Shown here piece after piece: positions 52,548 through 64,000 of a DNA stretch of 64,000 nt (its first letter is position 1; each line of letters starts with the position of its first letter). Both the position numbers and the translations under genes were made by a program. The DNA comes from Callorhinchus milii (taxonomy: Eukaryota): assembly GCF_018977255.1 (NCBI RefSeq), contig NW_024704742.1, positions 28,894,001-28,958,000 on the forward strand, given 5' to 3'. The notes under the pieces are model-generated. The model saw only the letters and a program-made list of their open reading frames with translations. It made no database searches and was not told the DNA's origin.

Positions 52548-54772
52548 GTAGGGGGGGGGGGGGTGTAGTGGGGGGGGGGGGGGTGTGTGTAGTGGGGTAG
52601 GGGTGTAGGGGTGTGTGGTGGGGTAGGGGGTGTAGGGGTGTGTGGTGGGGTAGGGGGTGTAGGGGTGTGTAGTGGGGTAGGGGGTGTAGGGGTGTGTAGT
52701 GGGGCAGGGGTGTAGGGGTGTGTGGTGGGGCAGGGGGTGTAGGGGTGTGTGGTGGGGTAGGGGGTGTAGGGGTGTGTGGTGGGGTAGGGGGTGTAGGGGT
52801 GTGGTGGGGTAGGGGTGTAGGGGTGTGTAGTGGGGTAGGGGTGTAGGGGTGTGTGGTGGGGTAGGGGGTGTAGGGGTGTGTGGTGGGGTAGGGGTGTAGG
52901 GGTGTGTGGTGGGGTAGGGGGTGTAGGGTGTGTAGTGGGGGGGGGTGGGGTGTGTAGTGGGGCAGGGGTGTAGGGGTGTGTAGTGGGGCAGGGGGTGTAG
53001 GGGTGTGTGGTGGGGTAGGGGGTGTAGGGGTGTGTGGTGGGGTAGGGGGTGTAGGGGTATGGGGTGAGTGTAGGGGTGGGGTAGGGGGTGTAGGGGTGTG
53101 TAGTGGGGTAGGGGGTGTAGGGGTGTGTGGTGGGGCAGGGGTGTAGGGGTGTGTGGTGGGGTAGGGGGTGTAGGGGTGTGTGGTGGGGTAGGGGTGTAGG
53201 GGTGTGTGGTGGGGTAGGGGGTGTAGGGGTGTGTAGTGGGGTAGGGGGTGTAGGGGTGTGTGGTGGGGTAGGGGGTGTAGGGGTGTGTGGTGGGGTAGGG
53301 GGTGTAGGGGTGTGTGGTGGGGTAGGGGGTGTAGGGGTGTGTAGTGGGGGGGGTGGGGTGGGGGTGTAGGGGTGTGTGGTGGGGTAGGGGGTGTAGGGGT
53401 GTGTGGTGGGGTAGGGGGTGTAGGGGTATGGGGTGAGTGTAGGGGTGGGGTAGGGGGTGTAGGGGTGTGTAGTGGGGTAGGGGGTGTAGGGGTGTGTAGT
53501 GGGGCAGGGGGTGTAGGGGTGTGTGGTGGGGTAGGGGTGTAGGGGTGTGTGGTGGGGTAGGGGGTGTAGGGGTATGGGGTGAGTGTAGGGGTGGGGTAGG
53601 GGTGTAGGGGTGTGTGGTGGGGTAGGGGTGTAGGGGTGTGTGGTGGGGTAGGGGGTGTAGGGGTATGGGGTGAGTGTAGGGGTGGGGTAGGGGTGTAGGG
53701 GTGTGTGGTGGGGTAGGGGTGTAGGGGTGTGTGGTGGGGTAGGGGGTGTAGGGGTGTGTAGTGGGTAGGGGGTGTAGGGGTGTGTGGTGGGGTAGGGGGT
53801 GTAGGGGTGTGTAGTGGGGTAGGGGTGTAGGGGTGTGTGGTGGGTAGGGGTGTAGGGGTGTGTGGTGGGGTAGGGGGTGTAGGGGTGTGTGGTGGGGTAG
53901 GGGGTGTAGGGGTGTGTAGTGGGGTAGGGGTGTGTTGTGGGGTAGGGGTGTAGGGGTATGTGGTGGGGTAGGGGGTGTAGGGGTATGGGGTGAGTGTAGG
54001 GGTGGGGTAGGGGGTGTAGGGGTGTGTGGTGGGGTAGGGGGTGTAGGGGTGTGTAGTGGGGTAGGGGGTGTAGGGGTGTGTGGTGGGGTAGGGGTGTAGG
54101 GGTGTGTGGTGGGGTAGGGGGTGTAGGGGTATGGGGTGAGTGTAGGGGTGGGGTAGGGGGTGTAGGGGTGAGTGTAGGGGTGGGGTAGGGGGTGTAGGGG
54201 TGTGTGGTGGGGTAAGGGGTGTAGGGGTATGGGGTGAGTGTAGGGGTGGGGTAGGGGGTGTAGGGGTGTGTGGTGGGTAGGGGGTGTAGTGGTGTGTAGT
54301 GGGGTAGGGGGTGTAGGGGTGTGTTGTGGGGTAGGGGGTGTAGGGGTGTGTGGTGGGGTAGGGGGTGTAGGGGTATGGGGTGAGTGTAGGGGTGGGGTAG
54401 GGGGTGTAGGGTGTGTGGTGGGGTAGGGGGTGTAGGGGTGTGTAGTGGGGTAGGGGGTGTAGGGGTGTGTGGTGGGGTAGGGGGTGTAGGGGTGTGTGGT
54501 GGGTAGGGGGTGTAGGGGTATGGGGTGAGTGTAGGGGTGGGGTAGGGGTGTAGGGGTGTGTGGTGGGGTAGGGGGGTAGAGGTATGGGGTGGGTGTAGGG
54601 GTGGGGTAGGGGGTGTAGGGTATGGGGTGGGGTAGGGGTGTAGGGGTATGGGGTGGGTAGGGGGTGTAGGGGTATGGGGTGGGTTGTAGGGGTGTGGGGG
54701 GTGTGTGTGGGGTGTGGGGGGGGGTTGGGGTGTGGGTGGGGGTGTGGGGTGGGGGTGGGAGGTGGTGGTGGT
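52548..54772 (+). repeat. G-rich minisatellite, ~26-27 bp unit GGGGTGTAGGGGTGTGTGGTGGGGTA(G) with variant units
   Basis: Direct tandem repetition for ~2.2 kb; almost no C on the + strand. Confidence 0.97.
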
Positions 54773-55271
54773 AAGTGGTTGCCCTAAAAAAAAGGAACGA
54801 TTACCCCCCCCACCCACCTCAAACAAATCAGGTGTGGGAAGCATCCACAGTCATCTCGAAAGCTTTCCATGACATTTGCAAAGATTTGCAAAGAGTAGTA
54901 GCACTTCTTGTGGCTCTTGTTTGGTTGTATGAACTCAGTGCCCTGTCCTCAGTCTTGAGGGAAAGCGAACATGTTGCCTGTTCAAACAGTTAATAACCAT
55001 CAGCAAAGTGATGCCAATATATATGGAAGCGCGTAAAACGTTCACTGAGTGGTCGTGGATTTATACTAGAAACGGGGTGTACATTTTGTGGACTTTTAAT
55101 TCAATTGCGATTAAAAAAAAGGGTCTTGTCAATCATGCGGTGAGTTCTTGTTGACTTCACACCCAAACTTTTCGGAGTGCGTTAAAGCCGAACACAATGC
55201 TTTTATTGTGTTAAAACATGATTTATGTTGGGTGAGTTGGCTAAGAGATATAAATGGTGAGGTGGGATATG

Positions 55272-56482
55272 CAACAACTACAACAACAAGGTTGCATCTG
55301 TTTAGCGCCTCTCACGTTGGGAGGATGTCCCAAGGTGCTGGACAGTGTATAGCATTTCAGACCCGAGCTGGGGTCAGGGGGGAGAGGGGAGGGGAAGCGG
55401 GGGTGGCCGAAGGCATGGTCGAAGAAGAGGGTTTAGAGGTGGGACTTGAAGGAAGCTAAGGAGGGGGCAGGGCAGAGTGATTGGGAGATGGATTTCCAGT
55501 GGTTGGGGGCAGAGAGGCTGAAGACTCTCCCACCAATGATGGGGCAGGTGGGGTGGGAGATGTGGAGCAGCCAGAGCCGGCTGAGCGGAAGGAGTGGGCG
55601 GGTTGGTAGGGGGTTAGGAGGTCGCAGAGGTAGGGTGGGGCGAGGCCATGGAGGGCTTTGTATGTGAGGACCAGGATCTTGAAGTGGATCCTCTGAAGGA
55701 TAGGGAGCCAATGGAGTCAGGCGAGAATGGGGGAGATGGGGTCATGGAGTTTGGTGCGGGAGAGGACACGGGCTGCAGAGTTCTGGATTATCTGCAGCCT
55801 GTGGAGGGAGGAGTTGGGAAGGCCGACAAGCAGGGCGTTTGCATAGTCGAGCCTGGAGGTGATGAAGGCATGAACAAGAGTTTCAGTGGCCCGAGGGGTG
55901 AGGTAGTGGCGGTGTCGGGTGATGTTACGGAGGTGAGGGAAGGCAGAGCGGGTCATGGCTTGGAAGTGGGGAAGAAAAGATAGTTGAGGGTCGAACAAGA
56001 CACCCAGGTTCCTGACTGGCTTGGCGAGTTGTAGTGAGCAACCATGGAGGTTGATGCTGCCGGAGCCTGAGGTGCAGAGGCGTTGGCGTGAGCCAATCAG
56101 GAGGGCCTCAGTCTTGTTCACATTCAACTGTAGGAAATTTGCCCTCATCCAGGACTTGATGTCCAGAGACAGTCTGTCAGGACAGCAGTGGTCCTGGAGT
56201 TGAGAGTGAAGGCAGAAAGATAGAGTTGGGTGTCATCCGCATACAAATGGAAGTTGACTCCATATCTGCGGATGATGTCAAGAAGGGGGAGCATGTAGAT
56301 ATTAAAGAGGAGAGGGCCGAGGACAGAGCTCTGGGGGATGCCAGACGTGACAGGGGCTGGAGTGGAAACCGTTGGAGACAACAAAGTGGAGACGATGAGA
56401 GAGACAGGATTTGATCCAGGCAAGGGCAGCTCCGCAAAGATTAAGTAAAGAGGAGAGGATGAGGATGGAGTGGTCGACAGTA
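55272..56482 (-). mobile_element. L2 3' 1.2 kb including RT core
   Basis: [17 protein letters not shown]...[23 protein letters not shown]; frameshifted. Confidence 0.95.
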
Positions 56483-59400
56483 TACATTTTGAATATTCAA
56501 GAATAACCCTGCAGTCAAAGAATCGTAGGATCCATCGAATGTTACTTTACTCTGATTTCCTGGCTGGCATTATTTCTGAATAAGTTCAAACATATTTCCG
56601 CTGCCAAGGTTAGATGTTATTGTTGACGTTATCTTCTGAAAACATCAGCCAGTTGCAACAACAAACTTAATTAATAATCATAATTTGCAACTGGTTTCAA
56701 ATCTTTTCAATAGGACAGTAATTGAATCCTATAATGTTGAAAAATGCTTTACAACTTAACCTTATATAGCACCATTCACATGTTATCATGTCTTGAAGCA
56801 CATTGCAAAGGCATATGTGTAGGCAAGGAAGAAAAAGGATTTTGAAAATGTTGAGAAAAGTCATGAACAAAGAAATACATTATTAAAAGAAAAAGTTTTT
56901 TTTAAGCAAGAGTTTGAAAGGAAGAAGAGAAGATAGAAGGTGAAGGGATTTAGAAGAAAGTTCCAAATCCAAGGGCAAGGAACAAGCAGTTGGAATGAGC
57001 TTTGGATGTCAGCATACACTCAAAGCATTTGCTCTCTTGCATCTTCTGACAGGCATCAATTAAAACAATAATTTATATTAATGTATTAGCTTTCATGTAA
57101 AATAATTCAATGCACTTGCCAAATGTGGCGGTGCACACCGAGCAGGGATATGGTACATGTTTCTAAAGGCTTCTGAAAACACTGGCAAGGCAAATGGTAT
57201 TGGAAGAGAGTTTCAGAGGGTACCTGCATGGTGACTGGTAGTTCAAGCATTGTTGGTAGAGTGATTGGTGTGGAAAACAAGCAATAGGTTAGAGTGAGAA
57301 GAGCAAAACGTATATGAGACTGTAGGTCTGGAGATAATTGCAGAAGTAGGCTAGGCAAGAGTACAGAAAGATTTGTGTGTGGAAGATTTAAATGCAGTTC
57401 TCTGATGCAATCTAATGGATCTTAGTGAGGAAGGGGGGAATGGGTGAGGTGTGGGGCTGGGAAGGGAATGGGTGTGCGGAGTCTTCGGAAAAGGTTACAC
57501 ATTAGGCTATATATAAATTTTGTAGTATACTATTTACTCTGTTATTAGGGGGTGTTACTTGTTTTGAAGTGACGCTATGATCTAAACTTTTATTTTTGAA
57601 AGTGTGAAACAGCTCTGTGCAATTCTTGCCTCTAGGTTCGAAAGCTGTGGATGTAAGTCCCACATCAGAACTTGAAACTGTTTGTGGGACATTGCTGTGC
57701 ACAATTGGGGGATGCCGTGTTGGCCTATAAATGCATAGTCACTCCATTTCCCAGTACAACCTGTGAAGAGCTTTGACACATTCTTCTGTCGTGATAAGGT
57801 GCTATACCAAAGTGCATGGATTATTATTATTATTATTCTCTTTATATTCTCACCAATGTATCAGTTTTGCTCAAATGGTAACGTGCTTGCTTCTGGGTTG
57901 GTAGATGATCATAATAATAATAATAATCCTTGCATTTGATATAGCGCTTTAGCACGTATTCAAGACATCTCAAAGAACTTCACAAAATATACTGTAATGT
58001 GAGTCGATTGTATATTTTATGGGCAAAACACAGCGGTCAATTGTGCACAGTAGTGTCCCACAAACAGTCGTAGAATGTCAGTTCAAGCCTAAAGTTGGGG
58101 CAGTTTGTCACAATTAGTTAGGACAAATAATAATAATTATAATTTTAATATAGTGTCTTATAGGACCATCAAGTCATCTCAAAGCTCTCAACAGGAATTA
58201 CTGTAAAGCACAATGATTGTATTTTTTGTGGGCAAGCTCGGCAGCCAATTTTGCGCACAGTAATGTTACCCCAACAGCCATTAAGTGAATATCTTTACAT
58301 AGAAGGTGTTCGGAATGCAGAATTCTCTGCCATAAAGAGTTGTAGAACAGCGCTTCATTTATATTTTATAAAACAAACTAGATTGATGCTTGAAAGCATT
58401 AAAGGATATGGGGAGCGAGCTAGAGAGTGGGATTGAACTAGGATTCTTGTGTCCAGACATGATGGGCTGAATCGCCTGTTTCTGTGCTGTAACATACTAT
58501 TATGACTCTGTGGTGTTCACCAGAACTTTGTCAAAGCAACCTTCCCTTGCTTGTAACATCAATTGATATGTTCTTATGTTTCTCACTTTGAAACTCCAGA
58601 AGCTACCCATCATACCTTATTTCAGAAACAATTGTATGGCAAAATTGAAGTAAATGTTGCGGTCGGTGGATAGACAGGAGCAGATTGCGAGGCAGATTGC
58701 AAGGCAGAACTTCATTTCAGTTGTTCTGATGACTTATATCACAGACCAGTGGCTTAGTAAGAGTTTAAAAATATTGAAGAAAACAAGGTAGATGAGGTTG
58801 TCTTTTTATGCTTTACAACAAACAAAAGAATAGTTGATATAGACAGAATCTTTCTGATATCTCCTTTTTTACTGGTGCAGTATAAATAATCTGATACTAC
58901 TTAACTTTTATTGTGTGAACTGAATCCTGGTTAATAAGCCAAAACTTCATACATCTTTTTTGGGGTGATACTCTAGGTAGGTGTTATATTCTGATTTGTC
59001 TCAATGTATTTTTGTTGTTTTTTTAACCTAAAAAAAATCTATTGTGTGTGAATGGCAATTTGATAGTGTTTAAAAGAAGTGGATTTAATTGATACTGGGC
59101 TCATTATGAGGAGTCTAAATTGCAGTATTTCTCAATGAGATTCCTTAATAATGAACTGCCTTCTAAAGAAGGTCATTGCAGATAAGCTGAAAGTTGGACG
59201 ATTGACACGGCTACTCCTAAATGCAACCAGGTCAATCCCCGATGTGGTGTGTGGTGTTGAAATCAGAAAGTGGGTGGCACAACTTGTTCAAGTAATATTA
59301 TACACTATGTAAATGCAGTGATGTAGGAAGGTCCTATTACCTGGTAGCATCCAAGGTGAGTGAACTTGTCCATCCTGCTCCAAGGGTTAAAAGGCAAGTC

Positions 59401-59633
59401 CTTTGATGTACAAGTCATTAAAGGGACTGTTTTATGTGTATTGGAAGACGAGAACTCCACAGAGTATCCAGCAGGGAAAAGGGAATTGTTGTCATTTTGC
59501 TAATAATCATGTTTTTGAACAATTTGAAAGGTATGCTCTGGGGATTGCTGCTTTGAAACAGTTTCAAAACATGGCTACTACAGACACTACATCAGCCTCC
59601 ATGAACACTGTCGCATTGTCCTGTACTTCGCAG

Positions 59634-59957
59634 TCCTGTAGCTGAGTGGTTAGAGCATTCGCTTTGCAAGCGAGAGATCTGAGTTCAATTCCAGGCAGAG
59701 GGCGAAACCTTGGGCAAGTTTCCTTACTCCACACGCCTAATAATAATCCGTCCAAAAACCAAAACCAATAATTAAATTGGTCATTTTCAATCTACGACTG
59801 TTTGTGGGACATTGCTGTGCGCAATTGGCTCCCGCGTTCGCCCACAAATATACAGTCAATTCACTTTACAGAGTGTTCTGTGAAGCGCTTTGGGACGTCC
59901 TCCTGACATGAAAAGCGCTATATCAAATGCAAGGATTATTATTATTGTTATTATTAT
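59634..59957 (+). mobile_element. tRNA-derived SINE, short subfamily, full length
   Basis: Nearly identical to the reverse complement of 3540-3859. Confidence 0.92.
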
Positions 59958-60434
59958 TGGATATCCCTGATCTGGCGCTGTGGAGTTTCAAAAGTGCGAG
60001 CTTCTGATTTGCAAGACAATACATTCTCTTTAATCTTTCATTCTTCCTAATGCAAGTTGCTTCGAGAGTGTTTAAAGCACCTCAAGGAATTTCCATCGGA
60101 TCTTTCGGTTCCTCACCTGAGACCGACTATTATGTGCAAAGGAAAGAGAAGCGTGAAACAAAGTCTGCAAGTGAAGGCAATGAAATGCTCGCAGCAAGGG
60201 AATAAAAGTAAAAGCGGTGGAGCAGGTCAGTGACCTCTTTAAACTCAATTCTTAATGAGGAAAATCAAACGCAAACACCTTCATTGCTACTGTGTATTAC
60301 ACGCTAGATAAAAGATTTCTAGCAATGAGCAACAGGTTGTAATTAAATGAACCCATTTGTTTCATGATGCTATGAACCACAGGAGCAGAGCAAGAGCTGA
60401 TTTTAACTATCAACAAAACGCTGATGTTCAATTA

Positions 60435-62157
60435 CTGCCTTAAACTCGGACCACCACTTCATCTCCCTTAACATCTCCGTACGCCTTCTCCCTACTCAAA
60501 CCACTTCTATCACCTACCGCCCCCGGAAAAAAATCTCCCCCCACTCCCTCTCTATTGCCCTGGAGTCATCCGAATTCCTGCCCCTCTGGACCTCCTCTTG
60601 CAATGACCTACCCTCCTTGATCTCTCTTCCCCACAACTCCCTCTCCTCCATCCTTGACTCCGTTGTCCCCCTTACCTCCCAATCTACCTCATATTCCCAT
60701 AAATTCCCCTGGTACACCAGCCATCTCTGATCCCTCAAGACCCTGTTGAACGCACCTGGACCAAATCAAACCTAACAGTCCATCAGCAGATCTGGCTTGA
60801 CCACACTAAAACTTATCACTCCACTCTCGCCTCCACCAAATCATCCTTTTACTCCAAGATAATCTTGGAGGCCAAGGACAATCCCAGGCTCCTCTTCTCC
60901 ATCACTAACCGCCTCCTCCATCAGTTTCCCGCGCCTTGCCCATCCTCTCCTCCAACTCCAACTGCGAGGAGATGTTGGACTTCCTCGAATCCCAAATCGA
61001 GGGAATTCGTTAAGCTACCTCTCCCCCGTCCACTGGCATCCCCTCGCCACTTGCCATCCACGTCCCAGGCCCCACTCATCCCCCCCTATACACCTTCAAC
61101 CCTTTCTCTCCCTCCTCCCTCATCTCCATCATTTCAAAAATGAAGCCCACCACCTGCTTCCTCGACCCGATCCCCACCGCTTTCCTCACCTCCCAGCTCC
61201 ACCTCCTGGTCCCTCTTTTAATCTACATTATCAACCTCTCCTTGTCCATTGGCACTGTTCCCATCCCCCTAAAAACAGGTGTTATCACCCCCATCCTCAA
61301 AAAATCTTCCCTGGACCCATCCCTACTCTCTAACTATCGCCTCATCTACAACCTCCGACTCCTCTCCAAAGCCCAGGAATGAATCGTTGGGTCCCAGCTT
61401 CGCTTTTTTCTCACTGATGAGAGCTAACGTCCTGCAGTTGAATATCAACAAGACTGAGGCCCTCCTGCTTGGTTCCCATAAGCGCCTCCATACTTCGGGT
61501 GCTGACAGCATCTCCCTCCATGGATGCACTCTACATGTCACAGAGCCAATATGGGACCTCGGCATTTTGTTCGACCTCAACTGTTCTTCATACCCCACAT
61601 CCATGCTATTCATAACATCCAGGCTCGACTACGCAAACTCCCTGTTTGGCGGCCTCCCTAACTCCTCCCTCCATAGGCTGCAGATCATCCAGAACTCTGC
61701 AGCTCATGTCCTCTCAGACACGAGACTCTGAGATTCTATCACCCCCACCCTCACCCGACTCCACTGGTTTCCCATCATACAGAGGATACAGTTCAAGATC
61801 CTGGTCCTCACTTTCAAAGCACTCCATGGCCTTGCTCACCTCTACCTCTGCGACCTCCTAACTCCCTACCAACCTTTCTCCCTCTGCTCAGCGGGCTCCA
61901 GCCTGCTTCACGTCCCATTGGCAGGCAGGCCTTCAGCCACTCTGCCCCCACTCTCTGGCACTCCATCCCGCAGACCCCTCCCTTGCCTCCTTCAAGACCC
62001 ATTTCCAGACTCTCCTCTTCAACTGTGCCTTGGGTCACTCTCCTCCCTCCCTGCCCTCCACCCTCCCCGATCCTGACCCCCAGCTCGGGTCCAAAACATT
62101 GATTGTCCAGCACCTCCTGACATGAAAGGCACTATACAAACATAATTTGTTGTTGAT
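60435..62157 (+). mobile_element. L2 ORF2 fragment with RT core deleted
   Basis: KPTTCFLDPIPT...VITPILKKSSLDPSLLSNYR jumps at ~61390 to MRANVLQLNINKTE; ends in the L2 tail. Confidence 0.92.
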
Positions 62158-62514
62158 TCTTAAGTTTAGATTGTACGTTGAATCAGAAGCTCACAAAAGT
62201 TGTTCAGTTGGAAAAGGCCCTTTGTCCCAATTGATATCCTTTCAGAACATAGCTACCATTTTTCCATCGCAGTTTCAAGTTTTTCTTAAATGAGTCCTCA
62301 TGATGTGACTTCTACCACCCTCCCTAGTAAACCATTCCAGCTGTTGTTTACTCTATGTGAAGAAATACCTGCTCGTTTTGTCCTGAGCTTGATCTTCACA
62401 ACCTTGAATCTGTGTCCTCTTATCCTGTTACTTTAGCATACTTGGAAATATTATTTGGGTTAGCTTTCTCTATCTGATTATTTATTACTATCTTCTGGGG
62501 GGGAGGGGAGATAA

Positions 62515-63085
62515 GTGAGTCTCCTTGCTTGGATTGAACCGGCTCCAAGGTGGCATGCTCGGCAATGGAATGTGGAAGTCAAGTCAACTCTCTGTGTTTG
62601 TCTCAGTGGTCCGGTTCCTGAGCCAGGCACTGCCGATGGGAGACCAGCCAACCAGGCTAATCTGTAGGAATTAGAGGAGCAGACCAGTCATTGGGGATAG
62701 AGATTCTTCCTATCTCAGCTTCCGTTCACCATGCGAGCCAAAACCCTAGCAGATAGGGTCCTAATTCGTTGGACCACCAAGCAGCAGGAAGCTTGTTAGA
62801 CAGTGCTTTCAATGGTAACTTGTGTTCTTTTAGCTGATTAAATTCCAGCACCTCTCAAATGCATACTCTGGGGTCCCAAAGCCTTGGCTCTTGGCCCTTG
62901 ATACTCTCCGGAATTAGGAAAGCAAGATACGTCCCTCCAGGGAGAGAGTGCATAATCCATTCCAATACACAGGAATTTCCATGTATAGGTGAGATGCATG
63001 GAACTTTCAGTTTGGTTTCAATATTCTTAAGCATGGTGATGGGTTTCTGCATGTGTCAGATGCTCAGCTGACCACATTTTTTTTA
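62515..63085 (+). repeat. Unclassified ~600 bp interspersed repeat; copies at 735-920(-), 7035-7682(+), 16445-16925(+), 22250-22470(-), 34295-34805(-), 45780-46140(+)
   Basis: Collinear shared blocks: CCTGAGCCAG, AGACCAGCCAG, TTCAATGG, CCAAAGCCTTGGCTCTTG, GGAATTTCCATGTATAGGT, CTTAAGCATGGTG, CAGCTGA. Confidence 0.85.
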
Positions 63086-63179
63086 TTAAGCATCTTAAAA
63101 GCCTCTATAAGGTCTTAGGATTTTTCTTAACACTAAGGCTTAGGCCTTAAGGGCTTTCCTTGATTTGTTTACTAGATAA

Positions 63180-63405
63180 ATTCAGTGTGGCACTGAATCA
63201 TAGAGACCATGGAGGTCCCAGATTTAATCCTTAACTTGTGCTGAATCAATCATTCTTAGCTGGGATGGCAGTTGATGTGCTGCAATTGGCTAGAGAGGAA
63301 AAATTCAGCCCAAGTTCTCACTGTTGATTGCTATCTGATGGTCCCTGCTGGGCTGTGAGCATTTGTGGTCTTCAGGGAGGACAGGATCAGATTTTGCTGT
63401 GAGGT
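63180..63405 (+). mobile_element. Old tRNA-derived SINE (resembles MamSINE1/AmnSINE2 type); second copy at ~27640-27910
   Basis: Shared blocks TCTCAGCTGGG, GGAAAA.T..AGCC.AG.TT, GCTGTGA between the two copies; family name from recall only. Confidence 0.45.
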
Positions 63406-64000
63406 CAAGGATTGAAAAAGTGCTACTCGAAACATGAAACAAGAATTTTTATTTAGACTGTGAGTGTCAACATTTACTGAAACAGGAGATCACAAACAGC
63501 AACTCTTGTCAGTGACTGGATATGTGTTATGCCAATCTGCAGCAGCTCCACAGGGACACATTGGAATTTTCTCAGGTCGGAATGACATACATCTGGTTGC
63601 TTTATGGGACTTCCCATTATAGATATTCAATGTACCCAGCTTTAGAGAAAGGGAAACAAAAGAAAAAAATTGCTTTGTTTTGAGTTTCCTTCTCAATGCA
63701 CAGACTGACAAAATTGATGTAGAGGCTGAAGGTGATTGGCAACAAGAGGCAGGTATTAAAAATAATGTTTATAATGGTAAATTATTGGACAATGTGTATA
63801 GAATATTAGCTAGATAGGAGATGCCTCAATAGTAATCCAAGGTGTGTGTGCATGGGTGTGAGGCTTCAGATGACATCAAGAGTCACATGTTCCATCTTCA
63901 GTAGTTTTTATTCCAAGTAAAACCAAAGATCTTTAGTGCCTTTGTTCTCTATTTGAGTGGCTGAACTTAGATGAAAGATTACGTATGAGCTTCAATGGAC

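Larger units (their letters stand above)
52498..64000 (+). other. SLC7A11: SLC7A11 intron 1 (partial, >11.5 kb)
   Basis: GT donor at 52498; no ALSYAELG-type exon 2 found downstream in the window. Confidence 0.75.

Noticed and set aside
52498..52568. ORF-track extension of SLC7A11 (EWRSLLAPK...) and its 5' extension from 52107
   Set aside because: Reads through the splice donor into the intron; the 5' extension starts at a non-ATG codon and crosses the CCT repeat.
51805..54772. CRISPR-like array
   Set aside because: Tandem repeats without unique spacers, in a eukaryotic context with no cas genes.
52115..54844. 909 aa Pro/Thr/His/Tyr-rich ORF on the minus strand
   Set aside because: By-product of the stop-poor C-rich strand of the minisatellite, antisense to the SLC7A11 exon; no domain.
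54936..54970. AGTGCCCTGTCC as possible start of SLC7A11 exon 2
   Set aside because: Continues as SVLRES rather than YAELG and lacks a good acceptor.
57403..57411. AARE-like TGATGCAAT (also ATTGCATCA at 31957-31965)
   Set aside because: A few such matches are expected by chance in 64 kb, and this one appears to lie in a decayed LINE.

Overview
Repeat-dense vertebrate genomic DNA. The SINE/L2/CR1 complement suggests a cartilaginous fish, possibly a chimaera (inference). The only host gene I can support is the first coding exon of SLC7A11 (xCT cystine/glutamate antiporter) at 52218-52497 (+); exon 2 is not seen, so intron 1 runs past the window end. The exon has candidate NRF2/ATF4 elements and compound microsatellites upstream, and a 2.2 kb almost C-free G-rich minisatellite starting about 50 nt after the splice donor. 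The upstream 51 kb is intergenic and filled with tRNA-derived and Deu-type SINEs, L2 and CR1 fragments, a Tc1/mariner transposase relic, fold-back hairpins and an unclassified ~600 bp structured retroposon-like family. Other notable observations: a U2 snRNA copy truncated near nt 37 and nested in a CR1, a CR1 with twin-priming-like 5' inversion, and a SINE subfamily carrying the L2 3' stem-loop. Most ORF-track entries are repeat-derived or spurious. Repeat boundaries are approximate, and family names come from recall rather than database searches.
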